NCBI GenBank assembly: GCA_963799775.1
Contig: CAWCYD010000002.1
Coordinates: forward strand, 160,001 to 224,000
Length of the DNA: 64,000 bases
Origin: an uncultured archaeon
Lineage (GTDB): Archaea > Thermoproteota > Nitrososphaeria > Nitrososphaerales > Gagatemarchaeaceae
Direction: 5' to 3'
Part shown: piece after piece, positions 34,502-45,311 of the stretch
Layout of the letters: each line of letters starts with the position of its first letter
Numbering within the stretch: position 1 is the stretch's first letter
Made by a program: the position numbers and the translations under genes
The notes under the pieces: model-generated
Seen by the model: only the letters and a program-made list of their open reading frames with translations
Databases searched by the model: none
Told to the model about the DNA's origin: nothing

Positions 34502-35426
34502 ATGCAAAAACTGCCCCGCGGAGGCCGCGAACAAAAGAAATGCCGTCGGCCGTCGGCCGTTGGAGCGCCTCTCGTGATCGCGGTCGTAGTGGCAATCCTG
34601 GCAATTACATTCTCCGGCAACGACTCGGTAACTTCTTCCTCTTCATCGACGGGATTGGGCTCCTTGAATTATTCTTCTTGCCTGATAGTCATCTACAACG
34701 GAACGATTACGGGTGACTCCACTAACGTCGCATTTCCTAATGGGACTCAGAATGAACCTGCCCATCACATCTTGTCAACGGTTCGTCCATCCGAGCGAGT
34801 ACGCGATGGTCATGACCATCGCACAGAATCCCGCGTTCGTCACCGCGGAAGACGGCTCGCTGTACGCATACGTCGGGACAGGCGGTTTCGGTTACAGCGA
34901 AGTCAACGGAACGGTGACCTGCTCTAGCGTGCTCCCAGATCCATCGGGCAGGGGCTACGTGACACAGGGTTGCTTCGTGACCACCGATGCCTTGTTCGAC
35001 CTGTTCAGCCCCACGGAGACCGTTTCGGGCTGCGGCATCACAGAGCCAAAGAACCTGGGAGAAATAGACGTGGCAATCCCTGTCAATGCGACAGGCGGCC
35101 TCAATCTGTCAAATCTCAGCGTCAGCAAGGTGCCCAGCGACGAACTGAATATCTTCACCTGCACGGTCCAGTCCACCTTCAGCCCCACCGTCTCCCTCAC
35201 CAACTCAACCACCACAATCACGACTGCGCTTAACGTCACCTCAGTCCTCAGCTCAACCAGTCTCCAGGCCGGCCAAGCTAGCGCTCAACCGCAAACCGAT
35301 GGCAGGTCGAACCCAGGGTTTCTTCCGGCTCTGGGGACCATCGTTGTAGCAGCAAGTGTAGTGGCGCTGGCCGTGATCTACTCGTTGCGTTCCCGAAAGC
35401 TTCACAGCTGGCTATTGAGGAGATAG
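34502..35426 (+). CDS. Cys-containing surface protein with N- and C-terminal TM (frameshift near 34740)
   Basis: Basic + hydrophobic leader, S/T-rich linker, C-terminal anchor; its TAG is the first 3 nt of repeat site 1. Confidence 0.7.
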
Positions 35427-35481
35427 CCCGTCCAGGGGCTGCACCTGTTTAGGGGCTTTTAGGGGGGAATTTGGCGCCCCT

Positions 35482-35904
35482 TCAGGCCAGCTTGACTGGG
35501 TCGATGGATTCGAGCCAATCGACCTTCTTCAGCGCTTCGTCGTGAGTCATTATCCTCTTCTCGCCAGCGTCGTCCATCATGGCCAAGAGCGTTGCGTCCC
35601 TGCCCCCAATGCCCAAGTGTGAGTACTTCTTCAGCATCTCTATTGCGCCGAGAGCGTGCCCGTAATCAAAGTCCGTTATGACCAGCGGGAATCGAAGGAA
35701 CTCGTCCAACTTCTCTCCGCCTATCGGAGCTCCTAGGCTCTTGACGAGGAAGTGGGCTAATTCCATCACGATTATTGTGTTTATCGCTATCTGCTCTGAC
35801 TTTAGGGCCTTCTCCACAGGCCCGACGACCGATTGATGCTCCGAACAGTCACTGTCAAAGTAGTAGGCCCAGATGTTCGTGTCAATGGTGATTATGGCCG
35901 ACAC
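35482..35904 (-). CDS. vapC: VapC PIN-domain toxin
   Basis: IDTNIW, E, RDATL, THD acidic residues. Confidence 0.9.
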   Translation of the reverse strand: MSAIITIDTNIWAYYFDSDCSEHQSVVGPVEKALKSEQIAINTIIVMELAHFLVKSLGAPIGGEKLDEFLRFPLVITDFDYGHALGAIEMLKKYSHLGIGGRDATLLAMMDDAGEKRIMTHDEALKKVDWLESIDPVKLA

Positions 35905-36133
35905 CCCAGATGTTCTTGAGGTCGACAGGCTTGATCTTCGAGCCGTGCACGCAGCCTCTCAGCTCTGAAATGAATTCGTCCGCACTTACCTCCGGCGAAA
36001 GCAGCAGATCCTTCCCTTTCTTGGATATTCTGAGTTTCTGTTCCGGTCTTAGTTTGAGTTCTGACCTTATCTCGTTCGGAATCACTATCCTTCCTCGCTC
36101 GTCTATGACTGCCTCGCCCATGAAAATTCCCAT
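35882..36133 (-). CDS. AbrB/MazE-type antitoxin
   Basis: IDERGRIVIPNEIRSEL. Confidence 0.9.
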   Translation of the reverse strand: MGIFMGEAVIDERGRIVIPNEIRSELKLRPEQKLRISKKGKDLLLSPEVSADEFISELRGCVHGSKIKPVDLKNIWGVGHNHH

Positions 36134-36382
36134 CCCATTTATTTTCCCGCTAGTACATAAACCTGTAGCCCGTTTCGGGGCTGCACCTGTTTAGGGGCTT
36201 TTACGCGGGAATCTTGCAGTCTTCGGCCGATGGCGTGCCCGGCAGGACTCGGGCTACGGTATTTTGAAATAACTAGTTCCAAAATGGAAATAACTAGTTC
36301 ACAAATTCCTTTGACAGCGGACTCCGTGCCCGAATATCATACTAAACAGTTAATAATCATGCAAAGCAACCCTAACCTCGCA

Positions 36383-37141
36383 ATGACAACTCACATGGAA
36401 CGGTACCAAGGCAAGAAAGTGGTGATCACCGGCGGCACCAGCGGCAGCGGGCTCGCCACGGCAAAGATGCTCCTCGACGAGGGTGCGCGTGTTCTGGTGA
36501 CGGGGCGGTCGCACGCTGGCCTGGAATCGGCGCAGAAAGAGATTGGAAAGGACGCCCTCGTGGTTTCTAGCGACGCGCGCTCATTGACGGACATCGACGC
36601 CCTCGCTTCTCGGGTGAAGGCCGAGTTCGGCACCTTCGACCTGCTCTTCGCCAACGCCGGATTTGCCCTCTTTGCCCCTCTCGAAAACACGACCGAGGCC
36701 ATGTACGACGAGATGTTCGATCTGAACGCCAAAGGACCGTTTTTCGCGGTGCAGAAGCTCGCGCCGCTAATCAACCGGGGGGGCGCTGTCGTCCTCACGA
36801 CCTCCGTCGCAAACGTCAAGGGAAGTCCCAACCAAGCGCCCTACGCAGCGTCCAAGGCCGCGCTGCGCTCATTTGCTCGCGTGCTCGCCGCTGAGCTTCT
36901 GCCCCGGGAGATTCGCGTCAATGCGGTAACGCCCGGTCCCATCGACACGCCGATCATCGGCAAAGTGTTTCCCGAGAAAGGCGCGGCCGCCCATGTCAGG
37001 GAGCGGACGATCAGTACTAATCCGATGAAGCGCTTTGGGATGCCGGAGGAAATTGCGAAGGCCGTCCTCTTCCTCGCATTCGACGCGACCTTCACCACCG
37101 GTGCCGAACTTCCGGTCGATGGCGGTTGGTCGCAACTCTGA
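36383..37141 (+). CDS. Short-chain dehydrogenase/reductase
   Basis: TGGTSGSG, NAG, YAASK, PGPIDT. Confidence 0.93.
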   Translation: MTTHMERYQGKKVVITGGTSGSGLATAKMLLDEGARVLVTGRSHAGLESAQKEIGKDALVVSSDARSLTDIDALASRVKAEFGTFDLLFANAGFALFAPLENTTEAMYDEMFDLNAKGPFFAVQKLAPLINRGGAVVLTTSVANVKGSPNQAPYAASKAALRSFARVLAAELLPREIRVNAVTPGPIDTPIIGKVFPEKGAAAHVRERTISTNPMKRFGMPEEIAKAVLFLAFDATFTTGAELPVDGGWSQL

Positions 37142-37415
37142 AAGCAGTACGCGAAATGCATCGAAACTTAATGTAATGAGCCAAGTGCGTTGACGGGCAC
37201 CGGTGAGTCACCCCTCAACGAACTCGGCAATCTTGTAGGTCTTCGGGCGCTTTGCGCCGTCCGATGACGGGTGCGATCGAATGTTCCATGGAGTCTCCGT
37301 GGCGAACAGTGAAGGTCGAGTCGTGAGGCCCCGCGAGGCCAGGGTCGGCTTGCTAATTACGGACCATTCGGTTATATATTGGTGCGATGGCAATTGTCCA
37401 AGAGTTTTAAATTAA

Positions 37416-38048
37416 ATGTCTCAAAATGACGCCAGGCCGCGTGGGCGGCCGCGCAGCTTCGACGAGAGGTTCGCGCTGGAAAAGGCGACCCAGGTATTCT
37501 GGTCGAAGGGCTACGATGGAGTGACGATCGACGATCTCGTCGCCGGGATGGGCGTGGGACGGCCGAGCCTGTATTCCGTCTTCGGAGACAAGCGGACGTT
37601 GTTCTTGCGCGTCCTTCGGGCGTACGCAGAGACGAAAGGCGCCCTCGCTGCGAAGGCACTGCTCTCGCCGCGCACTCTTCGCGACTCGCTCGCCGCCTTC
37701 CTGAGGCAGGCTGTAGAATATGCGACCCAGGAAGGATCCGCTCGGGGATGTCTTCTAGAGTGCGTCGCGCCGCTTGTGAACGATGCTGAGGTCCGGCAGT
37801 TCCTACAGAACGCGGCCGCTCACGCCGTAGGACTAGTGGAAGGTCGTTTCCGGGACGCGGTCAGCGCGGGCGAAATCCCGTCCGACTTTCCGGTGGCCAT
37901 CCGCGCAACCCAGCTCGTTGATTTTGCTCGTGGCCTTACCATGCGTGCGCTGATAGGCACGCCGCGCAAGACGCTTCTCAGGGATGCCGAGGAAGCGGCC
38001 GACTTGGTGCTCCTGCCGCGGCGGGGAAATGCGGCGCCAGAACGTTGA
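37416..38048 (+). CDS. TetR/AcrR regulator
   Basis: RGRPRSFD..FWSKGY..SLYSVFGDK, GCL. Confidence 0.92.
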   Translation: MSQNDARPRGRPRSFDERFALEKATQVFWSKGYDGVTIDDLVAGMGVGRPSLYSVFGDKRTLFLRVLRAYAETKGALAAKALLSPRTLRDSLAAFLRQAVEYATQEGSARGCLLECVAPLVNDAEVRQFLQNAAAHAVGLVEGRFRDAVSAGEIPSDFPVAIRATQLVDFARGLTMRALIGTPRKTLLRDAEEAADLVLLPRRGNAAPER

Positions 38049-38427
38049 TGCCGGCTGGGTGGCTATCGCTCGCAGGGTGGGAGGCCCCTTCAGCCGCAAC
38101 GTATTATTATGCAGACACTACGCGGGCACCAACCGCCGCCGCGGACGGCCCACCTCTTTCGCAGTGCAGGTCCACCCGGACGGACGTGGTGGCGGCGCAA
38201 GTTTGTGATCCAGGTCCGCGGAACAACGCCCAGTAGCTGGCTCGCGGGGTCCGCCCTCGACGGCGCTGCGTGCGCGTCGTCCAAACAGCCGAATCGTGAT
38301 GTGGTCGGAATTAAAGCTTTTTACGAAGCATTAGCTTAAATCGTGGCGTATTAGGCAAACAGAGGCTAAAATAGGTAGCCCGTCCAGGATTCCAAGCCTG
38401 TAGTTCGATTTGTCCCGGGTCTGTTTG

Positions 38428-38886
38428 CTAGCCGTCGCCGATTAAGCGGGAAACCTCCTTCTGAAATCTTTCGAGGAGGCTGTTCAGAGTCAGTAGTTCG
38501 TCCCTTGTAAACGTCACAAAAGCTTTCCCAACCATGTCTGCTTTCTTTATCGCGACCCTCTGGTACAGGGCCCTGCCCTCGGAGGTGATTTCGATGATGG
38601 TCGCTCTTCTGTCTCCCATGCCGGGCATCCTCCTGACCAGGCTCTTCTCCTCGAGCCTGTCCATTATGCCCGTGACATTGGCAGGAGTGACCAGCATCTC
38701 ATCGCTCATCTTCCTCATTAGCATGGGTCCGTTCCTTACGAGCAGGGAGAGCGCCAGGAACTGAGAATCCGATATCCCTTCGTGGGCGAACAATTTCAGG
38801 CCAGCGTGCCTCATCGCCTTGGATGTCGCTATGATGGCGTTGTAAGCCTCCTGATCTACTTCGGCTGTTCTCGCTCGCGCCGGCAT
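38428..38886 (-). CDS. MarR regulator (copy 1)
   Basis: VTGIMDRLEEKSLVRR..DRR. Confidence 0.9.
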   Translation of the reverse strand: MPARARTAEVDQEAYNAIIATSKAMRHAGLKLFAHEGISDSQFLALSLLVRNGPMLMRKMSDEMLVTPANVTGIMDRLEEKSLVRRMPGMGDRRATIIEITSEGRALYQRVAIKKADMVGKAFVTFTRDELLTLNSLLERFQKEVSRLIGDG

Positions 38887-39001
38887 GGTCTGCCCGGCGC
38901 TTGTTTTAGATATAAATAGTTAGGCTATCGCTGGTTAAGACATATACGGTTGTAGTACCGATAGTCAAGACATAAATAGTTAAGGCCTTAACGGTTCTGC
39001 C

Positions 39002-39987
39002 ATGGAGAACCAGCACAAAGACGAGATGCGTGCCGTAGCGATAGACAGTTTCGGCGGTCCTGAGGCTCTTTCGGTTAGAAACGTCCCCGTGCCGGAAGTC
39101 GGGCCAAATCAAATCCTTGTCCAGGTCGAATCCGCAGGAATAGGTGTGTGGGATGTTGCAGAACGAGAGGGAATGCTTGTGAGAATGCTCGGAATCCAGC
39201 CCAAGTTCCCATGGGTGCTTGGCTCGGAGGGTGCGGGCAAGGTCGTAGCGGTCGGGGAGAAGGTCACCGGGTTCAGGAAGGGAGACCTGGTTTACGGCCA
39301 TGTGTGGGGGACAAATCCAAAGGCAGGATTCTACGCTGAATATACGGCCCTAAACGCGGACCAGGCGTGTCCGATTCCTTCCACGATACCAATCGAACAG
39401 GCAGGGGCCCTGCTCATCGATGGAGGAACCGCGCTGCGAGGGCTTGGTGACAATCTGGCCCTGAAGCAAGACGAAAAGCTGATGGTCTTTGGTGCGAGCG
39501 GAGGAATGGGGCATTTGGCAATCCAACTTGGCAAGCGACTCGGGGCTCGAGTGTTTGCCATAGCCTCGGGTGAAGACGGTGTAGCTCTCGCCCGACGGTT
39601 GGGAGCTGATGTTGCAGTAGACGGGCATAATGGGAAAACATAGAGGCTTCAGCCCGCGAGTTTGCCCCGAATGGTTTCGATGCGGCCTTGGTTACAGTTG
39701 GTGGCGAAGCCCCTGAAAAGGCGCTCACCGCTATGCGTGAAGGAGGACGGGTCGCATATCCCTGGGTCAATCAGCGTCCTGCTCCAAAGGCGCCGTCGAC
39801 CGTTCGCCTATTTGGCTACAATGGGAACCCAGATCGAGCGTTGGTGATCAAGCTCAACAAACTAATCGAGTCCGGCGCGTTCGAGGTGCATCTTGGCGGG
39901 ACCTTCACGCTTGATCAGGCAGTCGATGCCTACCATGCAGTAGGCTCACACCATCTGGGCAGGTTAGCTCTGCTCCCAACAAGATAG
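39002..39987 (+). CDS. NADPH:quinone reductase-like MDR oxidoreductase (copy 1; frameshift near 39635)
   Basis: FGGPE, LGSEGAG, GASGGMG. Confidence 0.9.
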
Positions 39988-40287
39988 TCAAGCGACAATC
40001 AATCATATCAGGATTCTCGGGCTGAGCATTCAGGGCTATTGAATTGGAATAGCCCGTCCAGGATTCGTACCTAGAAACTCTCGGGGAGTGCTGCTTCGAC
40101 GCTGCGAGAAACTGGTCACTCTACGACCAAGGCTACCGAACCACCACAATCTTGGTCGATGTTGAAAGCTAAACGGCACATTGCGACCCGAATCCTCCTT
40201 AGGATGGAATCGGATAGAACATTCTCTCCAACCTGTTAAGAGCATCCGGGCGCAGCATTTCCTTGCCAAAGGGGAGAATGAGGGAGA

Positions 40288-40434
40288 ATGCGAATCCAGC
40301 AGTCGGTCACAACTCCTTGCGCCATGTGCTTGCTCATATCGCAGTTGAATGAGGTCTCCGAGAGTGACAAACAGGTTTACCAGCGTCACCTTTGGAGAGA
40401 GCACGGGATCCAGCCGTATTTCATTCCGAGGTAG
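40288..40434 (+). CDS. 48-aa C2H2-type zinc-binding protein (below the ORF-track length cutoff)
   Basis: Hand translation MRIQQSVTTPCAMCLLISQLNEVSESDKQVYQRHLWREHGIQPYFIPR; resembles 32212-32412. Confidence 0.6.
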   Translation: MRIQQSVTTPCAMCLLISQLNEVSESDKQVYQRHLWREHGIQPYFIPR

Positions 40435-40528
40435 CCGACCAAGACTCGGCCGGCAAAGGCTGGCACAGGTGCCTACGACAGGCCAGGCTTGCTACTAGTC
40501 GTGGAGGCTTTGCCCCGATGAGTCGTTC

Positions 40529-40972
40529 CTACTTGGGGATAGCCATCGACTGCCAGACGCGATACACCTTGTCCGCTACGTCCACGTTGGGCGTGACTCG
40601 GACCTTTAGATTCTCGGACTCGAGGTCAATCCTGACTTCGCTGAAAGCGCCCCTGTAGATCGAGTACCTCTTTCCGATCGGAGTCAGCACTATCCTCTCC
40701 ACCACGACGACCCCTTGGTCGACGAGCTCGTGGACCCTCCTGTAGGCGGTGCTTATTGGGATGTGGTTCTCTGAGCTTATCGCCTCTATGGTCTTCCCCT
40801 CCAGTATTGTCGAGGTCATGATCTTCCGGGAGAACTTGTCGGACATCGCCTCTAGGATGGCTTGAGCCACCTCGGGAATCGCTACGTCTCGGCACTCCAG
40901 AATGTGTTGCTGCCGTTGCTCCAGCGCGTACCTTCGCATCGCTGTCGGCTCCGCCACCGTTGCTGCTTGCAT
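40529..40972 (-). CDS. ArsR-like HTH protein
   Basis: SDKFSRKI, IPISTAYRRVHEL. Confidence 0.85.
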   Translation of the reverse strand: MQAATVAEPTAMRRYALEQRQQHILECRDVAIPEVAQAILEAMSDKFSRKIMTSTILEGKTIEAISSENHIPISTAYRRVHELVDQGVVVVERIVLTPIGKRYSIYRGAFSEVRIDLESENLKVRVTPNVDVADKVYRVWQSMAIPK

Positions 40973-41076
40973 GGCAATGCATGGGTTGCGAGAGGGTATC
41001 TCGATTAGCCCTAGCCGGCTAGGGATGGGCGACGCAGACGGACATATCGCCCCTCATAGGTCTCCACAGGCGGAGC

Positions 41077-41739
41077 CTACGAGCCGCTTCCTGCCTGGGA
41101 AGCGGCCTGGGATTCGAGGAAGCTTCCGAGGATCTTCTTCTCCGCCCTCCTGAGGATCTCGTTCAAGGTGCTCGACCTTATGCCGAGCTTTGCGGCGAGC
41201 TCATCCTGAGTGATGCGCCTGGGGAAGTCGTAGAGGCCCAGCTCCATCGCGGACTTTAGCACACTGAACTGCCGGGTCGTCAGGTTGATGTCTTCGGTGA
41301 CTTGGGATATCTCGGTCACCTTGTAGCCGATCCCGCCGCTCGAGAGCCTGTTGAGCAGGGCGGGGACTCCATCGATGTTCAGGAACAGCTTGTAGCCAAC
41401 CAAGCAATCCTCCGAGGTCGCCGCGGAGGAGATGAAGGACGCGAGGTTCGACTCTATCAGGGACTTGCACACCCTGCATCCGCTGCTCATCACGACGCCC
41501 ATGAGATGCCCCCTCGCCAGCTCGGTCAACTCCACGCTCTTTACGTCGCTAGAGTTGCTCAGCCATTTCCTGGCCTGCTCGACGGAGTCCTCGTTCTTTA
41601 TGGAGATGTCAACGAAGTGGGCGATTTGATGGCCCCTGTCCAGCGATTTCAATCCAAGGATCTTGACATGGGCTGAGAACTCCTCGCACAGCCCCGTGGT
41701 CCACCGGTCCGAGCCGGCGACGAAGCGGAGCTGCATCAT
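41077..41739 (-). CDS. Bacterio-opsin-activator-type HTH regulator
   Basis: LTTRQ..AMELGLYDFPRRIT..LRRAEKK. Confidence 0.88.
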   Translation of the reverse strand: MMQLRFVAGSDRWTTGLCEEFSAHVKILGLKSLDRGHQIAHFVDISIKNEDSVEQARKWLSNSSDVKSVELTELARGHLMGVVMSSGCRVCKSLIESNLASFISSAATSEDCLVGYKLFLNIDGVPALLNRLSSGGIGYKVTEISQVTEDINLTTRQFSVLKSAMELGLYDFPRRITQDELAAKLGIRSSTLNEILRRAEKKILGSFLESQAASQAGSGS

Positions 41740-41851
41740 CCAACCCCTTCGCCGCGATTCGGAATATATTAGGAATTCTCACGACTTTCGGGGTTCGTTC
41801 GTGTAATCCCAAACAAGGCATAACTACCTCCGGTGGTCTACTCATGTTCGG

Positions 41852-42706
41852 TTGAAGATCAGGGACGCGCTTCCCCGCATATTTCAAAAGGCCTACCCTG
41901 CGATAGACCCCAAGACAGAGATCCTTCCAGCGATGTCGCTCTTGCGGTTCCACGAGATCGACGCTCTCCCTCTCGCCTTCGAGCCGGGTTCGAGCCGGAC
42001 GAAGGACAGGCAGAAGGCCGTCTACGGCTTCTCGAGCCTGGCCAGGCTGATGCTGCTGAAACCCAAAGACATCGCGTCCTTCCTAAAGAAGCCCTGCGAG
42101 GTCGCCTCGGAACCGATCGCCTCTGTTAGCGCCGACCGCGACATGTCGAGCCTCTTGGACACCTACGCCAGGACTCGATTCGGCTTCGCTCGGGTAGAGG
42201 ACAAGAAGAAGGTCGGAGCGCTGGCTGGCCTGACGGACCTTCTCGAGCTGTATGAGACGGGCGGGCTCGCAACGGAGCTCAACGCCGTCGATGTCGGGAC
42301 GCCCATCGTGTCAGTGAAGGCCGACACCCCTCTCAGGAACGCTCTCCAGATGATGTTCGAGAAAAGACACAGGAGGATCTTCATCTCGGGCGGCAGAGAA
42401 TTCGTCTCGGACCGGACGATAATCGATCACATATTCAGTCCAGGCATCCTGAGCGCGATGGCGAACAGGGGGGACGACGTCCTGAATATCCCGGTGTCCT
42501 CGGTCGGGATGCTATCCGCTAAAGAGGTCGAAGAAGACACGCCTCTCGCAGACGCGGCCAAGGAACTGAGGGCGCAGCACGCCGGACAGTGCCTCGTGTT
42601 CGATGGCCACGTTGTGACGCCTTGGGACATCGTCATGAAGCCCTGGAATCAGGGTGCGCTGAAGCTCGCAAGCGCATCCGACTCGCGACGATCCAAGCGG
42701 AATTAG
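41852..42706 (+). CDS. CBS-domain protein
   Basis: Repeated CBS-like segments (DTPLRNALQMMFEKRHRRI). Confidence 0.8.
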   Translation: MKIRDALPRIFQKAYPAIDPKTEILPAMSLLRFHEIDALPLAFEPGSSRTKDRQKAVYGFSSLARLMLLKPKDIASFLKKPCEVASEPIASVSADRDMSSLLDTYARTRFGFARVEDKKKVGALAGLTDLLELYETGGLATELNAVDVGTPIVSVKADTPLRNALQMMFEKRHRRIFISGGREFVSDRTIIDHIFSPGILSAMANRGDDVLNIPVSSVGMLSAKEVEEDTPLADAAKELRAQHAGQCLVFDGHVVTPWDIVMKPWNQGALKLASASDSRRSKRN

Positions 42707-43022
42707 TGCACGAGCCGGTCCTCTGAGGAGAGATTCTTTCGCCAAGGGCGAATCTAATCGAGCATCACAACAAAAGGCCGAGAAGGAAGAAGCACAACGC
42801 CTGCCAGGGCTGACCACACGAAGCTCTGCTTGTCGAGCTTGTTCCATCCGAATACGACCGGTTTGAGTCTGGAGAAGACCATCCATTCTGCGAACGCCGA
42901 GACCCCGAAGATCAAGAGCATGGTGTGCGAATGCGCGATGCCAACTTCAGAAGGGTCAGCCTCCGCGCGAGGGTGCTCGAATGTATATATCGCATCTTGC
43001 AAACCATTAGGGCCAACTAGTT

Positions 43023-43946
43023 TTGATTGAGACCGAGAACCTCACGAGGAAGTTCGGTGACCTGACAGCGGTCGATGCTGTGACCTTCCGCGTGGAGGAA
43101 GGAGAGGTCTTCGGCTTCCTCGGACCGAACGGAGCAGGGAAGACGACCACGATCCGGATGCTCTGCTGCCTGATATCGAAGACCAGCGGGAAAGCCAGCA
43201 TCGGGGACTACGATGTAGGCAAAGATTCGGACGCGCTAAAGATAAGGAAGCTCATCGGACTGGTCCCTGACAACGTAGGACTCTACGACGATCTGAGCGC
43301 CTACGACAACCTGGATTTCTACGGGAAGCTCTACGATTGCACGGAAGCGCAGAGGAAGGAGAACATCCAACGCTTCCTCACCATGCTGGGGCTCTGGGAG
43401 AAGAAGGACGTCGCGGTAGGAACCTTCTCGAAAGGCATGAAGCAGAAGCTCGGGATCGCGTGCGCTCTCGTGCACGACCCAAAAGTGCTCTTCATGGACG
43501 AGCCCACCGCGAACCTCGACCCCGAGTCGGCGAAGACCGTCAGGGACTTCATCCTGGACTTGAAGAAGGAGAAAAGGACCATCTTCCTGAACACCCATAA
43601 CCTCGACGAAGCGCAGAAGATTTGCGACAAGATCGCGATCCTAAACACGAAGCTGATGGCGATCGGCACCCCAGAGGAGTTAGAGCGCTCGGCAAGCGGG
43701 AGGACGACCGTCGTCCAGCTGGTGCAGGTGAGCGACGCGATCCTTGCCGCTCTCAGGAAGCTGCCGGTCAGAAACATGGTGGTCGAAGGCAACAAACTGA
43801 CGTTCGACGTCATGGACCCGGAAAAGGAGAACGTCGCCATCGTGGACGCGATATACGGCGCCGGCGGCCACGTCCAAACGGTCACGGTCGTGGGCTCGAC
43901 CTTGGAGGAGGCCTACCTCAAGCTAGTGAGGCTCGACGAAAAATGA
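43023..43946 (+). CDS. ABC transporter ATP-binding subunit
   Basis: GPNGAGKTT, FSKGMKQK, DEPT. Confidence 0.93.
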   Translation: MIETENLTRKFGDLTAVDAVTFRVEEGEVFGFLGPNGAGKTTTIRMLCCLISKTSGKASIGDYDVGKDSDALKIRKLIGLVPDNVGLYDDLSAYDNLDFYGKLYDCTEAQRKENIQRFLTMLGLWEKKDVAVGTFSKGMKQKLGIACALVHDPKVLFMDEPTANLDPESAKTVRDFILDLKKEKRTIFLNTHNLDEAQKICDKIAILNTKLMAIGTPEELERSASGRTTVVQLVQVSDAILAALRKLPVRNMVVEGNKLTFDVMDPEKENVAIVDAIYGAGGHVQTVTVVGSTLEEAYLKLVRLDEK

Positions 43947-44688
43947 GACTCTCGAAATCGTGGATTATCGCGTCGAAGGATTTCAGGGTGTTCACGAAGA
44001 AGAAGAACATACTCTACTCGATCATCGTCCTCCCTCTCATGGTCTCGTGCCTTCTTCCGGGTGTGGTGGCGTACGCAGGGCACAAGAATGGCGCGAGCGG
44101 AATCTCAGCGGCGGAACTCACTGTCCTCCTCCCCTCATTCACTTTCTTGTACCTCGTCATCGCTGGCGTTATCCCAAGCACCATCGCCTCCTACACCATA
44201 GTGGGCGAGAAGGTCGAGAAGAGCCTCGAGCGTCTCCTTGCCACGCCTACTACCGATGGCGAGATCTTGCTCGGGAAGGGGATTGCGGCCTTCCTGCCGC
44301 CGATTGCGTCCATCTTGGGGGAGCTACGATCTTCATGGTCCTCATGGACCTGGTGACACGTGGAACGCTCGGGTACGACTTCTTCCCCAACTGGAACGCG
44401 GCCATCGTCCTCTTCGTTATGGTCCCGTTCGCGGTGATCATGAGCGTGGAATGGAACGTCGTCGTCTCTTCGAGGGTGAGCGATGTGCGGGCCGCACAAC
44501 AAATCGGAGCGCTCATTGTGCTCCCCCTCGGGGGCATCTACCTCACGGGCGAGCTCAACTTGGTCTCGCTCGGCAACACCAGCAACCTCCTCATCATCGC
44601 CGGCGTCCTTCTGGCCCTTGACTTGATTCTCCTCTACGTCGCCAAGGCCACGTTCCGCAGGGAGGAGATACTGACAAAATGGAAGTAG
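43943..44688 (+). CDS. ABC-2 permease (frameshift near 44320)
   Basis: IVGEKVEKSLERLLATP..ILLGK; multiple TM. Confidence 0.88.
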
Positions 44689-44701
44689 TGGGCCAAAGGG
44701 T

Positions 44702-44899
44702 GTGGAAAACACGAATGGTATGAGACTAAGATTGCTGCTAATGGGTTGCATCATCTCGGCCATAGGCGCAATCCTGCTCGCTTCGGGGGGCTTCGCGACA
44801 GATTTCATCGGGTTCCTCGCGGTCGGGACAGTGTTGCTTGTGCTTGGGATACTCTGGAGGTCGCAGAAGCCAGATGGCGTCCGAAGCACGCCGGCATGA
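44702..44899 (+). CDS. Small two-TM protein
   Basis: 65 aa, hydrophobic. Confidence 0.5.
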   Translation: MENTNGMRLRLLLMGCIISAIGAILLASGGFATDFIGFLAVGTVLLVLGILWRSQKPDGVRSTPA

Positions 44900-45159
44900 T
44901 GGGACTCACCCGCAAGTCTCTTGGCGGTTGATTCGGTCGCGCGGTTCCCGCTTGGGGTCGAGTTGGTAGGCTTCTACTCGGGCCGGAACCAGGTTCGAAC
45001 CCAATCTCCACGAGTCTGCGGCTAGATGTGCCTCGCGGCAAGTATCTCATTTCAGTAATGTTTAGAGCCCATTTACCATCTGAAAGCGTGAATCATGCTA
45101 ATTTTGCTAGACAGAGGCTGAAATAGGTAGCCCGTCCAGGGGCTGCACCTGACTAGGTG

Positions 45160-45310
45160 CGAATCCGTTCTACGTCGGCCGTAGGCCTTCCTCCTGTATC
45201 TGATTCTCATGACAAGCACGTCCCCGGCAGCCAGGGCGTAGGTAATCCGGTAGCCGCCGATCTTAATCTTGTAGACGCTTACGCAGGACAACGGGTTCTG
45301 GTAGTCGTGG
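45160..45310 (-). pseudogene. RelE toxin C-terminal remnant
   Basis: YKIKIGGYRITY..IRYRRKAY; no N-terminus and no antitoxin. Confidence 0.7.
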
Positions 45311-45311
45311 G

